In this document: positions 1 through 10,900 of the stretch, in pieces | Numbering within the stretch: the stretch's first letter is position 1 | How the letters are laid out: each line of letters starts with the position of its first letter | From: a bacterium | GTDB taxonomy: Bacteria > Zhuqueibacterota > Zhuqueibacteria > Residuimicrobiales > Krinioviventaceae | Assembly (NCBI GenBank): GCA_963674595.2 | Contig: CAXXFV010000020.1 | Span: 1 to 64,000, forward strand | Reading direction: 5' to 3' | DNA: 64,000 nt | Position numbers and translations under genes: made by a program | The notes under the pieces: model-generated | What the model was told of the DNA's origin: nothing | The model's input: only the letters and a program-made list of their open reading frames with translations | The model's database searches: none

Positions 1-2
1 CC

Positions 3-1559
3 CGTCACCAGTGGATTGTCAGTACCTACTGGCTGTTTTATGAAAATCATCCTCACGGGATTGATCTGTTGTCAGAAGTGGTAAAGTCTGCACACGCTCA
101 TGGCATCGAACTTTATGCGTTGATAAAAAATTTTGAAGATGGGGGTGTTAGAGGTTCATTGCCCCACACAATGCCTTTCCCTGAGGGTGTCGTTGCGTAT
201 AAAAATTTATGCGGCATTTCCTTTTGGACTCATCCCTTTACCGCCAAACACCCTGAAATGTGTTTAAAACGCAGGCCCGGAACGTTAGAGTACAAAGGTC
301 CGGTAACATCCATTCGTCTTGTAAAAGACAGCGATGATCCAACCCGTGTTAAAGCGGAACATTTGTCCATCTGGACCAGCGAAACCAATAACCGATTTAA
401 AGAATATAAAGGTCCCCGTATCGTTCAGAGAAACCATTGAATGGCGTCCATGTTTTCCGAAATGGAAACAATGCCGGATCCTTCATCTCGAAAAGTTAAA
501 CATTCCAAAAGAACATAAATATATTTTAATCCGTTGTTCTTTGGCAGACAGCCGGGGCGATTTTAGTAATGAAATCGGACAGATTATAGAAATCGTCGGT
601 CCGGAAGATGAAAAAATCCCTTTCATTTCCAGTAAAGGCCCGATTTCCTATGAAACAATTAACAGTCAAATTTTTCAGGATGAACTCAGGAAACAATCTA
701 TTCGATATTTTCAGCATCCTCAAGTCAAGAAAGAACTGAGTGATTCGGAAAAACTAAAGGCACATTATACTGATTTTTACAATTTTGACGAGTATTATAA
801 ATTAACCACCCGAAAGACATTGGATAATGACGGTTTTATTGCTGTTGCGTGCGGTAAGCTGGAATACATGTTTGGTGATATGCACCCGATTTATCCGGAG
901 GTGCGAAAACATTGGCTCGACATTACCAAATTTTGTCTTGATCGGGGTGTGGACGGTATTAATTTTCGTATGGGGAACCATACCCGTTCACCGGAATATT
1001 GGGAATACGGATTTAACGAACCTGTTCTGCAAGCTTCGGGTGGTCGAACCGATTATCCGACTATAAGTAAAATCAATGGTGATGCTTATACGCTGTTCCT
1101 CCGTGAAGCAAAACAATTGATTAAAAGCAGGGGCAAAGGATTGACTTTGCACCTTCATGCCGGTATGCTCATGCCGGATGACCGGGGACGACTGAGTCCG
1201 CTGCCGCCTAATTTTGAATGGCAATGGGAAACCTGGGTGCGTGAAATTGCGGATGATCTGGAATTTCGTGGTATTTACAAGCTCCGGCCCTGGAACTTGG
1301 AGCGCGTGTTGGACACATTTAGTGCCGTAACGCGCGAGATGAACAAGCCTCTCTATCTCCAAAGTGATTTTCACAGCTTGCCAAATGATGAGGTCCGGTT
1401 GTTCAGAAAACGTCAGGAAATCGAACTTTTAAAAATCATCCGGGATTGGATGGCTTTGTTTTATATGAAACTGCCAATTTTGCACAGTTGAATGATAATA
1501 ATCATATCGAGATCAAAGACTTTATGAAAGATGTAATTAATTCAGAATTCACTTTATAA
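3..1559 (+). CDS. GHL10/DUF187-like putative glycoside hydrolase, 5'-truncated by the window and split by two single-base frameshifts
   Basis: Frame 3 is open from base 3 (..DLLSEVVKSAHAHGIELYALIK, GHL10-like 'AHxxGIELxA'). It shifts to ORF 334-1491 at CCCC 414-417 (EYKGP|VSFRETIEW; later PEVRKHWLD..GVDGINF), then back to frame 3 at AAAAA 1431-1435 (KNHPGLDGFVLYETANF...SEFTL, stop 1557-1559). Confidence 0.6.
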
Positions 1560-1602
1560 TTATTATTTGTAAGGTGTCAAAATAACGTACCAGGAGTCAT
1601 TG

Positions 1603-4509
1603 ATGAATAAAAATATTTTAATAGCTCTGTTTTGTTTTGCTGGTGTCTTAATGATGTCTGAATTGTCCTATTCTCAATCCGGGGAAATTAGTGGTACAGT
1701 TAAAGACGCTGTGACAGGTGAAGCTCTGCCGGGTGCAAATGTTTTTTTGCAAGGGACAGCTATTGGTGCTGCTACTAATTTGGAGGGAAAATATCTTATC
1801 AGGAAAATTCCTCCTGGTAAATATACTTTGCGAGTTTCATTTATAGGGTATAAGCAGAAAGAAGTCGAGATACAGGTCCATCCTAAAGAAACAGAGAAAC
1901 TTGACATAACCCTTGAATATGATGTTGTAGAAGGGCAAGCTGTTGTCATTACCGCGCAGGCAGAAGGACAAGTTGCAGCTATTAACCAGCAACTACGGTC
2001 AAATACGATTAAAAATGTAGTGTCTGCAGAACGAATTATGGAATTGCCGGATGTCAATGCTGCCGAGTCGGTCGGACGTCTGCCCGGAATATCCATTAAA
2101 AGAAGCGGCGGGGAAGGCAGTACGGTTGTTATTCGAGGCCTGGCGCCGACTTATAATGCAATTACAATCAACGGATCAAAGGTTCCTGCTACCAGCGATG
2201 ACCGCAGTGTAAATTTGAGTATGATATCTCCGGAAATGCTGGAAGGAATTGAAGTTACCAAAGCACTGACTGCGGACCAGGATGCAGACGCAATCGGAGG
2301 GACAGTCAATTTTAAAATAGCCAATGCTCCTACAGGCGGGTTTCACAGTAGTTTCCGTTTCCAGGGAGGTTATAATAACCTGCGCGATGAATATGGTCAA
2401 TACAGCGGCAGTTTTAATCTAAGTAACCGGTTCTTGAATGACAAATTGGGGATTATTGTAACCGGAAACATGTCACGAAATCGTAGAGATTCGGATACAT
2501 TTTCTGCCGGATATAATATCACCCGGGAAAAAAGAGAAGGCGAGGAAATGGCCCCGATGGCATGTTCGAATGTAAATCTTGTTTATATAGATCAAATAAG
2601 AGAAAGAGCCGGATTCAGTTTGATTTTAGACTATAAACTGCCGAACGGTAAAATTATGATGAACACTTTTACCAGTCGAATGGATAATGATGGAAATACT
2701 TATACAAATCAGTATATCGAGGAAAGCAACTGGCACATGCTCTATTTCAATGGTCAGGAAAGTCAAACCGATATATTATCTTCTTCATTATCCGGAGAGC
2801 ACAATTTTTCATTCGGTGATTTGGACTGGTCGCTATCCCGAAACAGTTCGTTAGCCCGAACGCCCTTTAGTAACGAGATCAGTTTTAAGGAGACGGGGGC
2901 TTTTGATCAAACTTTGATTCCTAATGAAAATTTTGGCCCACAAGTCCTGGTTAACGCAGCTTATAATAATTACGATGAAATGTTTTTATACTCTGGAAAA
3001 TTTAGAACCAGGTCCGGAATAGAAAAAGATTATACTTCTCAATTAAATTTTAAAATGCCATATACCATTACAAATAAAATTGCAGGGTACATAAAATTTG
3101 GCGGTAAATATTTAAACAAAGAAAAAGAAAGAGATACAAATTATAGTAAACGTCGTCTTGATACAAACAATTCAGAATATGAAGAATATCACACAGGTTA
3201 TGGAACTCCGGGGTTTGATTTTGAAAAATCGGTGCAAGGATACCCACTTGTATCCAATTATATAGATAATGGATTTGATCCTGGGAATTTTTTGGATGGC
3301 GCTTATGAATTTGGACCTGGTCTTAATGGTGATGAGCTCAACTATTTGTTATCTGCTTTTCTTCAGGATTCCTTGTATGAGTTTATCTCTGAAACCAATC
3401 TGGATGATTATGAAACTCTGGAAAAAATTTCTGCCGGGTATATCATGACTGAAATAAATTTCGGACGGTTTTTAATGCTGTTACCCGGTGTCCGTTACGA
3501 ATATACAGAGAATGATATGACCGGGAGGAAAGGCTGGATTAACGATGATACGTATGAACCTGATTTGGATAGTGTCGATTCTTATGTCGCTGATACCACT
3601 GCTACAAGTACCTACTCAAATTGGTTTCCAATGATCCATGCCCGTGTGAGACCGGCAAAATGGTGTGATTTAAGGCTGGCTTATACAGAGACAATTTCGC
3701 GTCCGCGGCTGGATTACAAACTTCCCAAGAAAAAAGTGTCCGGGTCTGATAATATCGTTTCCTTTGGTCGCCCGGACCTTGCTCCGCAAATTTCAAAAAA
3801 TTATGATCTCTTTTTATCCTTTTATGGTAACGATCTTGGTTTGCTGACATGTGGCGGTTTTTATAAAGAAATTTCAGATTTAATATATAAGCGAAGTGGA
3901 CACAAAATACTTAACGCAGAAAAAGAAGGGTTTGCTCCAGAGTTACAGGGCTTTCTTCTTGATCAACCTGAAAACAATCCTTATGAAGCACGAGTAAAAG
4001 GCTGGGAAGTGGAATGGCAGACAAGGCTTCACTGGCTTCCCGGATTGTTGGATGGTTTTGTGCTCAATGCAAACTATACACATATTTGGTCTGAAACACG
4101 ATACCCCAGGTCTTTCGTGGTTCAGGAAAAAATTAAAGAATTTCCCTATGTTCTAACAACTGTAATAGACACTTTTCGTGTTGCCGATATGCTGGACCAA
4201 TCAGACAACATTGCAAATATTTCACTTGGTTATGATAAAGGGGCATTATCTGCACGACTCTCCATGCTGTATCAAGGGAAAACCTTGTCTGGTGTGGGTG
4301 AACGGCCGGAATGGGACCGTTTTACAACCGATTTAGTTCGTTGGGACCTGTCTGTTAAATATCGGTTAACTTCACAGCTAAGCTTTTTCTTTAATTGGAA
4401 TAATATATCCAATGAACCGGATGAAGTTTATCAGGAACAATCGAGGTTTATTACCAGCCAGGTATTTTATGGATGGACATCAGATTTTGGAATCGGTTAT
4501 ACATTTTGA
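1603..4509 (+). CDS. TonB-dependent receptor with N-terminal CarboxypepD_reg-like domain
   Basis: Signal peptide; GEISGTVKDAVTGEALPGANV; plug motifs LPGISI..GEG..VVIRG and ADAIGGTVNF; C-terminal GIGYTF; AGGAG 6 nt before ATG 1603. Confidence 0.95.
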   Translation: MNKNILIALFCFAGVLMMSELSYSQSGEISGTVKDAVTGEALPGANVFLQGTAIGAATNLEGKYLIRKIPPGKYTLRVSFIGYKQKEVEIQVHPKETEKLDITLEYDVVEGQAVVITAQAEGQVAAINQQLRSNTIKNVVSAERIMELPDVNAAESVGRLPGISIKRSGGEGSTVVIRGLAPTYNAITINGSKVPATSDDRSVNLSMISPEMLEGIEVTKALTADQDADAIGGTVNFKIANAPTGGFHSSFRFQGGYNNLRDEYGQYSGSFNLSNRFLNDKLGIIVTGNMSRNRRDSDTFSAGYNITREKREGEEMAPMACSNVNLVYIDQIRERAGFSLILDYKLPNGKIMMNTFTSRMDNDGNTYTNQYIEESNWHMLYFNGQESQTDILSSSLSGEHNFSFGDLDWSLSRNSSLARTPFSNEISFKETGAFDQTLIPNENFGPQVLVNAAYNNYDEMFLYSGKFRTRSGIEKDYTSQLNFKMPYTITNKIAGYIKFGGKYLNKEKERDTNYSKRRLDTNNSEYEEYHTGYGTPGFDFEKSVQGYPLVSNYIDNGFDPGNFLDGAYEFGPGLNGDELNYLLSAFLQDSLYEFISETNLDDYETLEKISAGYIMTEINFGRFLMLLPGVRYEYTENDMTGRKGWINDDTYEPDLDSVDSYVADTTATSTYSNWFPMIHARVRPAKWCDLRLAYTETISRPRLDYKLPKKKVSGSDNIVSFGRPDLAPQISKNYDLFLSFYGNDLGLLTCGGFYKEISDLIYKRSGHKILNAEKEGFAPELQGFLLDQPENNPYEARVKGWEVEWQTRLHWLPGLLDGFVLNANYTHIWSETRYPRSFVVQEKIKEFPYVLTTVIDTFRVADMLDQSDNIANISLGYDKGALSARLSMLYQGKTLSGVGERPEWDRFTTDLVRWDLSVKYRLTSQLSFFFNWNNISNEPDEVYQEQSRFITSQVFYGWTSDFGIGYTF

Positions 4510-4661
4510 AAATAATCAATCGAGTCATGCATGTGTTCAAAGGAGGTGGTATGTGTTTAATTGTTTCGGTTAATCCTTTGTTTTTTTTAAGAAAGGAGGT
4601 GCGCAAATCAGGTTTTGTTGACTAAAATAGCATTAAATAGATTAATCAAAGGAGAAGAGAA

Positions 4662-6318
4662 ATGAAAAAGAATTTAACACTCATTTTAGCAGTTGCATTT
4701 ATATCTGTTTTATTTGTGATGGTTCAAACTTCCAGCGCTCAAGATACGGATATATTAGATGTTGAGCCGGGATTTGAGACTCTAAATTTGGCAATCCAGG
4801 GTGACACGACAGCAACAGGTGAACCGGCAAATTATAATCGGATTTATCGACTGGAACGTGGAGAATTTTACTTGCTAAATGGTACAATTCAGGGGCTTCA
4901 GGATGTACCTCTTAGAATAATTGCTACAGAAGGTGATGGACCTAAACCGGTGATTGTTCCGGCCGTTAGTGAATCGGGATCAGCCGGTAATGCATTCAGG
5001 CCAAATGGGGATGTTGACGTCAGTAACTTGTATGTTACCGGTATTGATAACCTGGGTAATGTGGCAGGAAAAAATATGTTTCGATGTGATGGCGATAGTG
5101 CAATTATTAAAATAGACAATTGTTTTCTGGATCATGAAGAACAGGCGTTCATTCGAATGAATTCCAATGATCAACAACTTTACCTGACAAATTCAACTTT
5201 AAGAAATACGATCCGACTGGCAAAAACCAGTAATGGTCGTTTTATTGACACTCGCGGTAATACACAAGAATCCATCTTTATTCAAAATTGTACCATGTAT
5301 ATTGCCAGCCATACTCCCATTCGTGGAGATCACGGCATTATTAGAAACATTACGATGGATCATAATACTTTTTATGAAATAAGAGGTCGATTTGAAATTG
5401 AGCGAATGATTAATGGTACGATTACCAATAACATTTTTGCCGATTATGATTACGAAGGAAATGACTGCGATCCGGCAAATCCAAATGCTGACAGCCTGAC
5501 TCAAAGTGATCTTTTAAAAATTGAAGCGCTGGAATCGGATTTAGCAACTGACGAAGAAAGACATATCAGAGTCGCAAATAATGTTTATGGCTGGTCTCCT
5601 GAAATCCAGGAAATGTTTAACCGTATTGATTCTGTTAAAGCAACACCTGTTCATAATTTAACAACTCTAACATTTTTTGATACATATCCAAATATGATTT
5701 GTGAAAATAGTATTGAAGAATATCCCACCTTTTCCGATGCCCCGGATCCGGCAGTCGTTAAGACTTATGCTGAATATCGAATTACGTCCGGTTATAGTGA
5801 TGAAAGCAATCCTGACCCGCGTGCAGACAGAAATGGAATCGGTGCTTTATCTGAAAATCCAACAAGTTTTGGCCTTGCAGATGATGAGTTTGATTTTGAT
5901 TACAATACCGACGCAGCAGCTTATACGGCCGCAGAGGGCGGTTTCCCGGCTGGTGACTTGAACTGGTTTCCGGATAAAAAGGCTGAATGGGAAGCATGGA
6001 TACAATCAGGCGTAGCAAATAAATCCAATCTTCCCCGCGAATTCGCTTTAATGAACAATTACCCGAATCCTTTTAATCCGTCAACAACCATTGCATATCA
6101 GTTAAAATCTAACCTGAATGTCAAGCTAAATGTTTATAATGCCCTTGGGCAGCACATTCGGACACTGGTAAATGATGTAAAACAACAATCCCGGACAACA
6201 TAAAATCCAATGGAATGGATTAAATGACGCCGGTCAGCAAGTAGCAAGCGGTGTTTATTTTTACCGACTCGAAGCCGGTAACAATGTACAAACTATGAAA
6301 ATGATAATGATGAAATAG
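4662..6318 (+). CDS. Secreted beta-helix (pectin-lyase-like) protein with T9SS-type/FlgD-Ig C-terminal domain; +1 frameshift near 6189-6192
   Basis: Signal peptide; repeated IxNCT/NNIF/HNTF beta-helix rungs; GGFPAGDLNWFP; FALMNNYPNPFNP. The domain finishes in frame 1: GQHKIQWNGLNDAGQQVASGVYFYRLEAGNNVQTMKMIMMK, stop 6316-6318. Confidence 0.85.
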
Positions 6319-6341
6319 TTTCCGGTCAAGATGCTCATATA

Positions 6342-6376
6342 AGCGGGTGGTGATGTTATAATCATCACCACCCGCT
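6342..6376 (+). other. Strong intercistronic stem-loop (14-bp stem, no U-tract)
   Basis: AGCGGGTGGTGATG-ttataat-CATCACCACCCGCT is a perfect inverted repeat just after the true stop at 6318. Confidence 0.8.
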
Positions 6377-6501
6377 AAAATTGTAATCAATAACTATGAT
6401 TTTAATTTGTCCATGTCTGATGAGATGTTGTCAGACAAAATGATGAGTTTTGGTGGTATCGTTGGCTCTGGTTTTAATACACCGAAAATATATAATGATT
6501 T

Positions 6502-9021
6502 ATGGTAAACGGCAAAAAAAGCTACACGTTAATTTGCATATTTTTAATTTTGATTGTTTTTAGATCAAATAGTGTATATGCAGTGAATCACCCATATATA
6601 ATTGTTACTGAGGCTGAATATCCGCAGCTCATTGAAAAGTCACAAGAATGGCCTTGGTCAGAAATGAAGGAAAGTGCGAAATCTAAAACGCTAACGATGA
6701 ATGTTCGTATGTATGCCGATATTAATCAAATAACCTGCGACGTTCATGACCTTGCCGGTGCGGCAGCACTTGCCTTTATTCTTGATCCCGGCAATAAAAC
6801 GGCATATCTCAATGTGATAGAACAAAAGTTAAAACCTGCCATGGCGCGAATAAGAATTAAAAAAGAAAATGGTTCCGACGATCATGGCTACAATGTTGGC
6901 CCTGCTCATGCTGCCTTTGCAATGTATTTGTTACTGGATATAGTTTATAATGATGTGGATACCGCATTGCGCCAGACAATAGAAAATGACTGTGATTATA
7001 TTGCATTAAATCATAAAAATAGCTGGAAAGCTAGTAAATATGCTATAGAAGGACTTTCCGAGTTGTATCACAATGGATGTAGTGAGATTTTCATTACTAA
7101 AAAGAACGATTATAAAAATTATGTGTTGGATAATACAACTGCAGATGGCATCTATGGAGCCGGCCCCGGATACGCCGAAAGCCGGTTTAATATGGACAAT
7201 CGAATGCAGAAAAAGATATTTATGGATATTTGCGAATACCAGGGCTATCATGAATTTTATTCTAATCCCAGGTTGCAAAATCTATATGAATGGCATTATG
7301 GCTATTCAGTAACGCCTTTTAATCGCTCTTATACTTTTGGAGACTCACCGCCAACAAAACAAATCAATGATTGGAGTGTCGCCGCTCTGAGGGTCAACAG
7401 ATTTTCACGGCTTGCCCAATCCTATGCTGTCTGGTATATCGGAGAGTTTGACGACAGTGCAATTAAGGGGCATTTGATGCAGTTTTTGCTCTGTGATTCA
7501 CTTCCGGTAACCAAACAAAAACCAACCAGTAGAATTTTTAATAATGGTGGCGCCTGGTTAACCGAAGACAATCACGCCAAAGATGCACTGGCTGGTGCTT
7601 TGTGGAATATAGAAACATCACAGTTACCCAGCCACGCACACTTTGAGGTGAATGCAATACACATTGCGGCCTATGGACAACATGTATTAAGAAATTCGGG
7701 TTATGATGGATGGGGTGAGCCTGCAGCAGAGACATGGGAATGGCTTCATAATACTGCAGAATCTTCAAATACATTGATGTTGAGTCACAAAAACCATCAA
7801 AGCAAGTATGGAGGCGGAATTACAGAGGGATTGCTTGATGCTGATATGGATTACGTTAATGGTTCATCGGATAAAGCGCTTGTTTTAGCTGATCACGCGA
7901 GGAATTTTCACTTTATTAAGCCATCTATTGAACAATCAAACGGCTATTTTTTTGTTGTTGATGAGGTGTATTCCGGCTTTATTTGGAAGGATGATGTTCC
8001 CGTCAGCACAGCATGGCATCCCAACTCCGGATCGGAGCCGACAATCACTCAAGACAGTACGGTATTTACCTGGCCTTCGTTGGGAGGATGCTGTTACGGT
8101 GAAAATCAAGTTGGATTGTCAATATGTCTGGCCACCAAACCCGATGAGATTAATATTCGTAAAGGTTATTTGGGGTCCTACGACGCGTGCAGCCGGTTTA
8201 ATGGAAAGTATTTATACAATACCTATTATAGCCAAGACAACCAAGTGTCTGCGTTAACTTTTTTCATACCATTTGATCAGGTGAACCCGGCTCCCGGATT
8301 TCATTGTATTTCGTTAGAGTCTGTTGACGCAGCAAAAATTGATCATGGCAATAATTGTGTTGATTATGTATTTGCCACACTGGATACAGGGATGATTGAA
8401 TACGATCATATTCAGTTTCAAGGAAAGACCTGTTTTTGGCGGGAGACAAATAAAGAGGTCGATTGGTATTTTTTAAGAGAAAGCACGTCTTTTCATAACA
8501 ACCGTTCAGACCATAAAGGATTTGAAACGCAATATCCTGTTACAATAAAATTTCATGGGAATATAGGAACAGTGATTTCCGATGCTACTGAAATAAAATT
8601 TTTTGATAAAAACATCGAGAGCGTTTTAATCGATCAGTCTGAAGCTACGATTAATGATCGAAATGACTCTTTTGTTTCAATAAGCCTGGATTCCGGTAAA
8701 CATGATATTGCTTTGTTGTATAATAATATGGTGGTAAAAGGACAGGTTAATTTAATAAATGATTTTCAATTATTTCAAAATTATCCCAATCCGTTTAATC
8801 CAACCACATCTATTTGCTACTCGCTTTATGTTCAAGGTCATGTTGAATTAAAAGTATTCAACGTATTAGGCGAAGAGGTGGCGTCGCTTGTCAATCAAAT
8901 CCAAAATGCCGGTGAGCATCGTGTTTTATTTGATGCCTCTAATTTCACAAATGGAGTTTATTTCTATCAGTTGAAAACATCTGATCAGACATGCAGTCGA
9001 AAACTGCTGATTGTAAAATAA
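6502..9021 (+). CDS. Heparinase II/III-like polysaccharide lyase with T9SS-type C-terminal domain
   Basis: Signal peptide; HPYIIVT start; DGIYGAGPGYA, FGDS, SHAHFEVNAIHIAAYG, SSNTL; C-terminal QNYPNPFNP...GVYFYQL...KLLIVK. Confidence 0.8.
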   Translation: MVNGKKSYTLICIFLILIVFRSNSVYAVNHPYIIVTEAEYPQLIEKSQEWPWSEMKESAKSKTLTMNVRMYADINQITCDVHDLAGAAALAFILDPGNKTAYLNVIEQKLKPAMARIRIKKENGSDDHGYNVGPAHAAFAMYLLLDIVYNDVDTALRQTIENDCDYIALNHKNSWKASKYAIEGLSELYHNGCSEIFITKKNDYKNYVLDNTTADGIYGAGPGYAESRFNMDNRMQKKIFMDICEYQGYHEFYSNPRLQNLYEWHYGYSVTPFNRSYTFGDSPPTKQINDWSVAALRVNRFSRLAQSYAVWYIGEFDDSAIKGHLMQFLLCDSLPVTKQKPTSRIFNNGGAWLTEDNHAKDALAGALWNIETSQLPSHAHFEVNAIHIAAYGQHVLRNSGYDGWGEPAAETWEWLHNTAESSNTLMLSHKNHQSKYGGGITEGLLDADMDYVNGSSDKALVLADHARNFHFIKPSIEQSNGYFFVVDEVYSGFIWKDDVPVSTAWHPNSGSEPTITQDSTVFTWPSLGGCCYGENQVGLSICLATKPDEINIRKGYLGSYDACSRFNGKYLYNTYYSQDNQVSALTFFIPFDQVNPAPGFHCISLESVDAAKIDHGNNCVDYVFATLDTGMIEYDHIQFQGKTCFWRETNKEVDWYFLRESTSFHNNRSDHKGFETQYPVTIKFHGNIGTVISDATEIKFFDKNIESVLIDQSEATINDRNDSFVSISLDSGKHDIALLYNNMVVKGQVNLINDFQLFQNYPNPFNPTTSICYSLYVQGHVELKVFNVLGEEVASLVNQIQNAGEHRVLFDASNFTNGVYFYQLKTSDQTCSRKLLIVK

Positions 9022-9062
9022 AAGTAATTGATTTTTGCTTTTGGCCTTTATAAAGGAAAGAG

Positions 9063-10757
9063 ATGTATAACATTTTTAAAAATATATATTTTATTTTTTT
9101 ATGTGTTCTTTACAGTGCGAGTGCAGGCAAAGAGAATATAGAGACACAGCACGCGACGTTTTCAGATAGTCTTGTTGGATTTGAGTCAAAATATCCGCAA
9201 AGCGAATGGGACGTAAAACGACAAACAGCTCGATTTGTCGGCAAAGAGCCTGCTTTGTTTCTGGATGACACATTTATTCTCGCCAGCCGAAATTTGGCCC
9301 GTTCCTTACATCCGTTTCAAAAACGATCCGCACCTTTATCTTTTTTAATGTCAAATGATTTAATGAAATCCATAACAGTCAAATCAATTGTCCCTGCCCC
9401 CGATGGTCATGGTTTTTTTGCATACTGTCTTGGCAGCTACAAGGATAAAAGTTTATTTTTACTTTTTCGGACTATGGATGGGATCGTTTTTAACCCGATA
9501 GATATTGATCAGATCCCTTCAAAAACAATTTGGGATGATCTGCCATCAAATGAACGTCCGGACCATAATAATGTACTCAATCTAAATTTTAATAACTTTG
9601 GCGAGAAATTTTCTGCCTATTATTCGACATTTTTCAAAGTAAAAGAAAGCTATCCCTATCGCGCTATTATAATTACTACCAAACCACGGCCCCGAAAAGC
9701 AATGATCATTCAGTCACTTGACGGTATTTCCTGGGAACCGATGCCTCATCAATTTTTACGAACGGTCCCTTATGAAACCAACAAGCCAACCTATGATCCG
9801 TTTCATGATCGTTATCTTGGCTATCTGCGGTTATGGGACCCACATAACGGCCCTGTTTCCAGATGGCGCAAAGTGATTTTTAGCCAAGCTTTTGTAACAC
9901 CAGATAGTATAATTTGGACAGAAGATGAACTGATATTATCTGCCGATGAAGGGGACGGCCCATCAACTGATATATATTATATGCAGGTTACCGGATACGC
10001 CGGGCAGTATATTGGAATTCCGACCATGTATCACAGGCCTTCCGCCTTGGATGTGGGTTCTGTTGGTAAACTGGATTGTGAGTTGGCCTACAGTCATGAT
10101 GGCCGAAACTGGAACCGGATATGTCAGGGACAGCATACTTTACCAACGGGTACTGCTGGAAGCTGGGATGCCGGTATGGTGGGTATAAGCACCAATCCCG
10201 TGATTTTTAACGACAGTCTTTATTATTATTATTGGGGAACAACCAGAACACATGATGAACCGGCAGGTCCGGATTACCATGTGGATGCAGGACTGGCATC
10301 TCTCCGGGTTGATGGATTTGTCTCTATGGATGCCGGTGATGAACCCGGAACATTGGTTACAACTCCATTCTGGCCGACAGGAAAATACTTGTATATTAAC
10401 GCCGATGCAACAGAAGGTGAAATTCGTGTAGAGGTGTTACAGGATTATTATTATGTTGAATTGAGAAAAATTGAAAAAAATCCGGAACAAGTAAAAGGTT
10501 TGTTTCGCGCTGAAAATTGTATCCCTTTTGTGGGAGATGAAATTGCTCATCGTGTAGAATGGATAAATGGTGAAAATTTTGTGGATGATTTTCCCGGCGA
10601 TTGGAACCGTTTTTTGCCGGAACAAAAAAAGAAAAGATCGTTTTCCAAAAGAGCTGTTGCATTAAAATTTTATATAAAAAATGCCAAATTGTATAGTTTT
10701 TGGTTTGCGGATGAAAAATTACCCGTTGAAAAAGGCAGATTAGTGCCGTTTGAATAA
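9063..10757 (+). CDS. Secreted five-bladed beta-propeller glycoside hydrolase-like protein (GH32/43 clan-like)
   Basis: SLDGISW and SHDGRNW blades, GSWDAGMV, LYYYYWG, LASLRVDGFVSMDAG, LYINADA. Confidence 0.6.
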   Translation: MYNIFKNIYFIFLCVLYSASAGKENIETQHATFSDSLVGFESKYPQSEWDVKRQTARFVGKEPALFLDDTFILASRNLARSLHPFQKRSAPLSFLMSNDLMKSITVKSIVPAPDGHGFFAYCLGSYKDKSLFLLFRTMDGIVFNPIDIDQIPSKTIWDDLPSNERPDHNNVLNLNFNNFGEKFSAYYSTFFKVKESYPYRAIIITTKPRPRKAMIIQSLDGISWEPMPHQFLRTVPYETNKPTYDPFHDRYLGYLRLWDPHNGPVSRWRKVIFSQAFVTPDSIIWTEDELILSADEGDGPSTDIYYMQVTGYAGQYIGIPTMYHRPSALDVGSVGKLDCELAYSHDGRNWNRICQGQHTLPTGTAGSWDAGMVGISTNPVIFNDSLYYYYWGTTRTHDEPAGPDYHVDAGLASLRVDGFVSMDAGDEPGTLVTTPFWPTGKYLYINADATEGEIRVEVLQDYYYVELRKIEKNPEQVKGLFRAENCIPFVGDEIAHRVEWINGENFVDDFPGDWNRFLPEQKKKRSFSKRAVALKFYIKNAKLYSFWFADEKLPVEKGRLVPFE

Positions 10758-10900
10758 TAATCCAACAGACCTGATAATATAATGATGAATAAGGACAGCT
10801 ATATTGAGAACCTAAAAAAATACAAAGTGAATTGATTTTGATTTTTTGAAATTATCGATAATTTGTTAAATTATAGAATCAATTATAAAGGAATAATAAC

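Noticed and set aside
1428-1434. Programmed -1 frameshift at in-phase T_TTA_AAA
   Set aside because: Fits X_XXY_YYZ, but such heptamers are common in AT-rich DNA, no clear downstream stimulator is visible, and two other indels nearby point to sequencing error.
4551-4625. 24-aa ORF MCLIVSVNPLFFLRKEVRKSGFVD
   Set aside because: SD-to-ATG spacing is only 2 nt and the ORF crosses a T8 run; no coding support.
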